Shown here piece after piece: positions 58,372-64,000 of a DNA stretch of 64,000 nt. The notes under the pieces are model-generated. The model was given only the letters and a program-made list of their open reading frames with translations. It searched no databases and was not told where the DNA came from. Source of the stretch: Candidatus Multivoradales bacterium (GTDB lineage: Bacteria > Acidobacteriota > Thermoanaerobaculia > Multivoradales > J023); contig CBDFLE010000006.1 in NCBI GenBank assembly GCA_965248925.1, positions 4,032,001-4,096,000 on the forward strand, written 5' to 3'. The position numbers and the translations under genes are program-made. The number at the start of each line of letters is the position of its first letter. Position 1 is the stretch's first letter.

Positions 58372-60795
58372 CTACGTCGTAAACTCAGCGAAGAAGTCTC
58401 TGGCGACCTCGTGCGGCCTGCCTGCTAGCTGACCGCCGTCGTCGGGATGCCAGTCGGCAGGTAGGTGCTCTTTGTAGGGGCGGCGCAGGAAGCGGCGGTC
58501 GTAGAGGGCGATCACCCCGGTGTCGTGGGCGGAGCGGATCAAGCGGCCGGCGGCTTGTACCACCCGGGTCATGCCGGGCACCACGAAGGCATATTCGAAG
58601 CCGCGGTCGAAACGCTCATCGTAGTAAGTTTGCAGCAGCTTTTGGTCGAGGGTCACCGGCGGTAGGCAGGGGCCGATCACCGCCACCGCCTTGAGCATAT
58701 CTCCCGGATAGTCGACCCCCTCGGCGAACACCCCTCCCGCCACCGCCAGCAGCAGCACGTCGCCGAAGATGGCGGTGCGCAGAGTCTCAAGAATCTCCTC
58801 GCGCTGCTGGGCGCTGTCGCCCGAATTTTGCACCAGGACCCGCTTGCTGTCGGGACCCATCATCGAAGCCACTTCAGCGAGAAACTTGTAGCTCGGGAAG
58901 AGGGCTAGGCAATTGCCCGGCACGGCGTCGGCAAAGCGACTGAGGCCGTCGGCGATGCGTGGGTAGTTGGCCGGACGCTCGCGCCAGGTAGTGGCGACGG
59001 AGGTGTCGATCACTACCCTGCGATTCTCGGCGGGGAAGGGGTTGCTAATTCGCAGGGGCACGGTGCGCCCTGAATCGAAGCCCAGCAGGTCGCGGTAAAA
59101 CTCATGCGGCGACAGGGTGGCCGAGAGGCCGACGACGGCATGGCAGCGGTTGATCGTCTTGCCCAGAAAGAGGCTGGGATCGCGGCATAGGATGCACAAT
59201 TTGCTGTTCTGGTCGCGGCGCTCAACGTAGTGCGAGAATGAGGTGTCGGACAGGGAGAGAGCATTCAAGAACTTGAGCAGGCCGAAGTAGAGATCGACGA
59301 AGCGGTCGTCGGCGGTCAGGGTCTTGGTCTCGCGGCGGTGTTCCAGGTAGTCGACGAAGGCTTGATCGAAGGCGCCGCGCAGCTGGTGTAGCGCATCCTC
59401 GGGCAGCGCTTGCTCGGCAGCCCACTGGTGTTCTTCGCCCACGGGTTGGGCGTCGGCCACGGTTTCTTCGATCAGCTTCTCCAGCCGGTAGCACAGCCGT
59501 GCCAGCGTGCGGTGGATCGGTGCCAGGCCGAGGGCGACTTCTTCGCCGGCCTGGAAGGCTTGGCGGGAGGTTAGCCGCGGACTGTAGTAGCCGCGACCAC
59601 GGTCGACCAAGTTGTGGATCTCATCGACGATCAAGATAGTGCCTTCGAGCGAAGCGTCGGGGCCGAAGTCGCTCAGCGCGACGTAGGGGTCGAAAGCATA
59701 GTTGTAGTCGCACACCGTCACCTGGGCTTGGCCGCTGAGTTCCAGGCTGACTTCGAAGGGGCAGACCTGGCTGTTGCGGGCGGCGGCGAAGATGTCGTCG
59801 GGGAGCAAGGTGCCGTATTGATCGAGCAGCCGGCTGACGATCTCGCTGCGGTGCAGTTTTTGGTAGTACTCCTTGGCGAACTCGCAATATTCTTCGTGGC
59901 AGAGCATCTCGCCGTTGGCGCACATCCGCGACTTGGCGCGCAACTGCAAGGTGCGGAAGGCCTGGTCTTGGTTGAGCAACTGCAAGACGGTGGTGGCCAT
60001 GGTTTGCTGCAAGTTCTTGGCGGTGAGTACAAACACCCGCTTGTTGTGCTCCAGGGCGAAGCGCAGCACCGGCAAAATGGTCGCCACGGTCTTGCCGATG
60101 CCGGTGGGTGCTTCGACCAGCAGGTGCTCACCGGCGGCGACGCTGGCAGCCACGGCGCTGCTGATTTCACTCTGCCCGGGGCGTTCTTCGGTATAGGGAA
60201 AAGCCAATTGGGTGGCGGCGGCGCGGCGTTCTTCGAACTCTCGGCGAGAGGCTTCCTGACGCCGCAGCAAGTGATTGACCCGCCGTCTGACCAGCGCCCC
60301 GAGGAGGTCGAGATCTACCTCTACCGGCTCACGTTCGAGGTGTTCGGAGCCGATCTCGATCAGCAGCAGCTCTGCACGGATCGGCGGTGCCTCGGGTTCC
60401 GGCTCCGACTGCGCCAGCATCCAAGCGTAGAGGCTGGCCTGGCGCTCGTAGATCTGTCGGGTGTTGGGCGCCAGTCGCGAGTCGCGCCGCACCGACTTGA
60501 TTTCCTCAACCACTCGCTCCCCCCGGTCGCCGCGGCGCAGGCCATCGATGCGGCCATGGACCGTCACCCGCCAGCCGTGGTGCTCGAAGGTGTGGCGGAC
60601 GGTGACTTCGCTGCGATAGGTGGGGTCCTCCTCGAGGGCTTGCTGCTGATAGCGACTGTGGATCGCCTGGCCGAGCCACATCCGTTCATAGCCGCCACGG
60701 TTGGCGAAGCCCAAGCTGCGCAGCAGTTGGGTGTCGAGCAGGTCGGCGACGGCCAGCTCAAGGGTGGAGGAGTCGGTGTCGAAACGCGGTGCCAC
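58372..60795 (-). CDS. DinG/Rad3(XPD)-family Fe-S helicase with N-terminal PD-(D/E)xK nuclease domain
   Basis: GQAIH...GRIDG...EEIKS...Q..Y nuclease; APTGIGKT, four Fe-S Cys, DEIHN, SATL, FPSY, EGVD, QAAGRLIR. Confidence 0.9.
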   Translation of the reverse strand: MAPRFDTDSSTLELAVADLLDTQLLRSLGFANRGGYERMWLGQAIHSRYQQQALEEDPTYRSEVTVRHTFEHHGWRVTVHGRIDGLRRGDRGERVVEEIKSVRRDSRLAPNTRQIYERQASLYAWMLAQSEPEPEAPPIRAELLLIEIGSEHLEREPVEVDLDLLGALVRRRVNHLLRRQEASRREFEERRAAATQLAFPYTEERPGQSEISSAVAASVAAGEHLLVEAPTGIGKTVATILPVLRFALEHNKRVFVLTAKNLQQTMATTVLQLLNQDQAFRTLQLRAKSRMCANGEMLCHEEYCEFAKEYYQKLHRSEIVSRLLDQYGTLLPDDIFAAARNSQVCPFEVSLELSGQAQVTVCDYNYAFDPYVALSDFGPDASLEGTILIVDEIHNLVDRGRGYYSPRLTSRQAFQAGEEVALGLAPIHRTLARLCYRLEKLIEETVADAQPVGEEHQWAAEQALPEDALHQLRGAFDQAFVDYLEHRRETKTLTADDRFVDLYFGLLKFLNALSLSDTSFSHYVERRDQNSKLCILCRDPSLFLGKTINRCHAVVGLSATLSPHEFYRDLLGFDSGRTVPLRISNPFPAENRRVVIDTSVATTWRERPANYPRIADGLSRFADAVPGNCLALFPSYKFLAEVASMMGPDSKRVLVQNSGDSAQQREEILETLRTAIFGDVLLLAVAGGVFAEGVDYPGDMLKAVAVIGPCLPPVTLDQKLLQTYYDERFDRGFEYAFVVPGMTRVVQAAGRLIRSAHDTGVIALYDRRFLRRPYKEHLPADWHPDDGGQLAGRPHEVARDFFAEFTT

Positions 60796-60904
60796 GGCAG
60801 CAGTATACGCAAGCTATCGGTAGGCTTCAGGCAAAATTCGTGGGACCGGAATCTGGGTGGCGGACGATTGAAAGGTGGATCCTCGGGGGGACAAGCGGCT
60901 TGAA

Positions 60905-61288
60905 TTAGATCACTTCGAGTTGCGGTAGGTGTCGGAAGTGGTGGTCGCCAGTACACAGCACCAAGTTGTGCTCGGTGCACAAAGCAGCGATCCACAGGTC
61001 ATTGATCGGGATTGGTGTTCCCTGGCGGCGGAGCTGGCGGTAGAGGCCAGCGTAGACGCGGGTCGTCTGTTCGCCCGCGTAGAGCACTTCAACGCCTGGC
61101 TTGCTGAGGAACCGCCGCAACACCTCTTCGTTCTGCGCTGTTCGAGTACCGGTGGCGAATCCACCTCGCAACTCCGCCAACACTACGAATGGCAGGTAGA
61201 TCCGCTCAGCTTCTTCTAGCCTTCGGGTCAAGCGTTGATCACCGCGGCAGAGGTCGGTATACCGATTGGTGTCGAGGGCTAGTCTCAT
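60905..61288 (-). CDS. VapC-family PIN toxin
   Basis: LDTN, VLAELRGG, PIPINDLWIAA, TGDHHF. Confidence 0.92.
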   Translation of the reverse strand: MRLALDTNRYTDLCRGDQRLTRRLEEAERIYLPFVVLAELRGGFATGTRTAQNEEVLRRFLSKPGVEVLYAGEQTTRVYAGLYRQLRRQGTPIPINDLWIAALCTEHNLVLCTGDHHFRHLPQLEVI

Positions 61289-61530
61289 GACCAGTCTTGA
61301 GGGTCGATCCGGCGTTGATCGGCAAGCGCCGAAGCCACCTCTGGATTTTCCTGCCAGGTGCCGCCGAGGTCCGAGAGATCACGCCTCCGAGTCTGCTTGT
61401 CGGCCACTCCCAGACCACGGCGGAGGATCTCAACGGCGGTTTGGTTGAGGCTCTTACCTGCCTCACTCGCCGCTCGCCGGAGCGCTTGGTCTAAGTCGTT
61501 CGGGACGTTGCGCAGGGTGTATTGAGTCAT
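61285..61530 (-). CDS. FitA-like RHH antitoxin
   Basis: MTQYTLRNVPNDLDQALRRAASEAGKSLNQ, DLSDLGGTW; ATGA overlap with toxin. Confidence 0.88.
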   Translation of the reverse strand: MTQYTLRNVPNDLDQALRRAASEAGKSLNQTAVEILRRGLGVADKQTRRRDLSDLGGTWQENPEVASALADQRRIDPQDWS

Positions 61531-61536
61531 GCCTGC

Positions 61537-61565
61537 ATGCTAGGCAGGCGGTGCCTGCATGTCAA
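61537..61565 (-). promoter_or_regulatory. Sigma70 promoter TTGACA-17-TAGCAT, leaderless, with TGCAGGCA operator repeats
   Basis: -35 at 61560-61565, -10 at 61537-61542, ATG 6 nt downstream. Confidence 0.75.
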
Positions 61566-61594
61566 GCGATCATCGAGGAGGAGGTCGGCCAGAA

Positions 61595-61624
61595 TTGACA
61601 GCCTCGGCAAATAAGCATATGCTT
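61595..61624 (+). promoter_or_regulatory. Sigma70 promoter TTGACA-17-TATGCT with overlapping palindrome AAGCATATGCTT
   Basis: -35 at 61595-61600, -10 at 61618-61623, palindrome 61613-61624. Confidence 0.75.
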
Positions 61625-61668
61625 GTGGCATAGGCCGATCATTCTAGTCGCGACTCAAGGAGTTATTG

Positions 61669-61905
61669 GTGCAGCAATTCACCGCCAAGGTATTTCGCAA
61701 CGGTCGCAATCAAGCGATTCGTATCCCGGTTGAGCTGAGTTTCGACACGGACACGGTTATTCTCGTGAAGCGCGGCGACACACTGATCGTGCGACCTAAG
61801 CCGAAGGCGGGCTGGGATCAGTTTTTCAGCGATCCGTCGCTGGCCTTGCCTGAAGACTTCAAGCTGGGCGAAGATCCACCGCCTCCCGAGCGTGACCTCT
61901 TCTGA
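61669..61905 (+). CDS. VapB (AbrB/VagC-type) antitoxin
   Basis: AKVFRNGRNQAIRIP, LIVRP, W..FF, ERDLF; AAGGAG RBS. Confidence 0.9.
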   Translation: MQQFTAKVFRNGRNQAIRIPVELSFDTDTVILVKRGDTLIVRPKPKAGWDQFFSDPSLALPEDFKLGEDPPPPERDLF

Positions 61906-62309
61906 TGTTCTTGCTCGACACCGATATCTGTAGCTATGTGATGAAGCGGCGACACATCGCCCTCATCGACCGGATTCGGGGATTCGCAACCGGTGAACTC
62001 AAGGTCTCGGTGGTGACCGTCTACGAACTCGAGTTTGGTGCTCAACGCAGTGGCCGGCCAGAGATCGCTCGGGTTATTCGGGCTTTCCTGGCAAATGTCG
62101 AAGTGCTCCTCTTCGACTCTCCCGCAGCTCGGGAAGCTGGTGAAATCCGTGCCCGCTTGGCGGCGGCTGGCAAGCTGATTGGAGCCTATGACCTGCTGAT
62201 CGCCGGCCATGCGCGGTCGCTCGGAGCGGTGCTGGTGACCAACAACGTCAGAGAGTTTTCCCGCGTTCGCGATCTACAGCTGCAGAATTGGGCCGGTGCC
62301 GAAATCTAG
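61905..62309 (+). CDS. VapC-family PIN toxin
   Basis: LLDTDICS, YELEFG, IGAYDLLIAGHA, LVTNNVREFSRV..L.LQNW. Confidence 0.93.
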   Translation: MFLLDTDICSYVMKRRHIALIDRIRGFATGELKVSVVTVYELEFGAQRSGRPEIARVIRAFLANVEVLLFDSPAAREAGEIRARLAAAGKLIGAYDLLIAGHARSLGAVLVTNNVREFSRVRDLQLQNWAGAEI

Positions 62310-62359
62310 GCGCCAGCCGCTTCGTGCTGTCAACAAGCATCCAGCTCTTGACCTCCGTT

Positions 62360-63901
62360 TCAAGGAGACTCGTCGTCCTCCTCGGTGGCTGTTCCGAGGT
62401 TCAGCACCTCCGAGGGCTGCTCGTTCAGGCCGACCAGCCAGTTGGTCGGTGCGTAACGGTCGCTGAGCACCAAGGCTCCTTCGAGATCCATTCCCTTGGT
62501 GTAGCGATTGTCGACGATCTCTTCGAGGCTGGGGTCGAAGTCGAGCCGGCTGTCGAGCTGCCGGGCGACGACGAGCAGCTCTTCTGCTGAGAGTTGGTGC
62601 TCGGCGTCGGTCGCTATCACGAAGAGGTTGGGGCCCGGTCGGCAAGCGAAGACCCGGAGCTGGCGAAAGTGCTGCCGCAAGGTGATGTAGATCGCCTTGA
62701 CGAAGGGATCTTCGGTGGAACCGGCCATGTTCAACCCGAAGACTCCACCGGGGTTGAGGTGCGCCTTGACCTCAGCGACGTACTCGCTGGTGGCCAGGTG
62801 GAAGGGAACGGAGGCGCCGATGTAGGTGTCGTTGTAGATCAAGTCCCAACTTTGGGTCGAGTTGCTGAGGAAGCGCCGGGCATCGCCGAGATGCACCCGC
62901 GTTCGTTCATCGCTGCGGAATCCAAGGTAGCTTTCGGCGAGTTCGGCCACCGCGGGGTCGATCTCGACGTAGTCCACCTGCAGCCGCGGCAGACGCTGTT
63001 GCAAATAGGAGCCGACGGTGCCCCCGCCCATGCCGAGCACCAGCATGCTCCGAGGTTCCGGCTGCCACAGCAAGCTGGCTGCCGAATAGCGAGCGTAGGA
63101 CAAGGCTGGCTCGCCGCTTTTGGTCCAGATGGCGCTGTGCAGCACTCGGTTACTGCGCAGATAACGAGCGCCGCCTCGCTCATAGACTTCAAGGGTCTGA
63201 TAAGGGCTGGTTTGGACATGCAGCAGGCCCGAGTCAGTAGTGCCCCGCCGTCCCTTGCCGTAGCCGGCATAGACCACCAGCACCAGGGCGAGCACAATGG
63301 CCGGCAGCTCTTTTCTACCTGCGGCGACCAACCCAGCCAGGGCGGCAGCGACGGTGAGCAAGATCAGCAAGCCGAGGCCGCGATCAAACCTCAGATAGGG
63401 GATCAAGACGAAGGTACAGCCCAAAGTGCCCAGCAGGCTACCGAAGGTGGAGAGGGCGGCGAGTTGCCCGGCGGTGTTCCCCAGGTTTTGCAGATCGTGA
63501 GTGGCGAGGCGAATAGCGAAGGGAGAGACCATTGCTAGCAGCACGCTCACCGGGCCAAAGAGAATCGACGTGGCGATCAAAGTGCCACCGGGTGAACCAC
63601 CGGTCCATTCGCCGAGCACCGCCACCACCGGGTGGCCAAAAGCGAGCAAGGCCGCTTGGCCCAGCGCGGCCAGCAGGATCACCCGGCCGAGCACCTCAAG
63701 CCTTGGTTGCCGGTCGGCGAGCCGGCCGCCGAAGTAGTAACCCAGCGACAGGGCGGCCAGAAAGACGCTGATGATCGAGCCCCAGACATAGACGCTGCTG
63801 CCAAATTGCGGCGCTAGCAGGCGGCTCGAGAGAATCTCGAGCGCCATGATCACCGCGCCGCAAAGCACCACCACCGCGAACAATTGGATTCGAAACCACA
63901 T
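62360..63901 (-). CDS. Fused membrane domain / spermidine synthase-like methyltransferase-fold protein
   Basis: MALEILSSRLLAPQFGSS, GG.LADR, STFGSLLGT; LVLGMGGG, VEIDPAV, GDARRFL, PFHLAT.E, LNPGG. Confidence 0.88.
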   Translation of the reverse strand: MWFRIQLFAVVVLCGAVIMALEILSSRLLAPQFGSSVYVWGSIISVFLAALSLGYYFGGRLADRQPRLEVLGRVILLAALGQAALLAFGHPVVAVLGEWTGGSPGGTLIATSILFGPVSVLLAMVSPFAIRLATHDLQNLGNTAGQLAALSTFGSLLGTLGCTFVLIPYLRFDRGLGLLILLTVAAALAGLVAAGRKELPAIVLALVLVVYAGYGKGRRGTTDSGLLHVQTSPYQTLEVYERGGARYLRSNRVLHSAIWTKSGEPALSYARYSAASLLWQPEPRSMLVLGMGGGTVGSYLQQRLPRLQVDYVEIDPAVAELAESYLGFRSDERTRVHLGDARRFLSNSTQSWDLIYNDTYIGASVPFHLATSEYVAEVKAHLNPGGVFGLNMAGSTEDPFVKAIYITLRQHFRQLRVFACRPGPNLFVIATDAEHQLSAEELLVVARQLDSRLDFDPSLEEIVDNRYTKGMDLEGALVLSDRYAPTNWLVGLNEQPSEVLNLGTATEEDDESP

Positions 63902-64000
63902 CGGCGGCAGAGTATAAAGCCTAGGCCTGGCTGCGGCGAGAGTCGTGGTGCTCGGTCTCGCCATCACCGATTTTGACACTCCAGCAGAATTCGCAGTCGC

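Noticed and set aside
60400-60795. Cas4 / type IV CRISPR (CasDinG) interpretation
   Set aside because: No Cas4 Fe-S cysteines, no cas genes, and no repeat-spacer array anywhere in the window.
59614-60903. 429-aa + strand ORF and similar long antisense ORFs (10554-11510, 29184-30218, 62594-63538)
   Set aside because: They overlap well-supported genes on the opposite strand and carry no motifs.

Overview
GC-rich bacterial chromosomal window, probably Acidobacteriota/Thermoanaerobaculia-like (inferred from the AraC-TPR paralogues, an IPTL-CTERM sorting signal and many secreted hydrolases; not verified). Housekeeping genes (5' part of dnaE, modABC, hemB, pyrC, apaH, rsmE, nupC, DinG-family helicase, sodN) are mixed with secreted or membrane enzymes and accessory or decaying DNA. 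The accessory DNA comprises a tandem AraC-TPR regulator pair facing tiny peptide ORFs, five toxin-antitoxin-like pairs plus an antitoxin remnant, a hemB-3'-anchored duplication with a collapsed second copy, an internally deleted ISL3 element between two broken genes, and a REP-like palindrome. No rRNA, tRNA or CRISPR array was seen. Best novelty candidates: (1) AraC-TPR regulators with a convergent Tyr-rich 33-aa peptide ORF under alternative hairpins; (2) a TA-cassette hotspot after hemB; (3) a TAXI-TRAP permease with an inserted lysine-less biotinyl/lipoyl-like domain, followed by a polytopic patatin. All family calls come from motif recognition by eye, without database searches.
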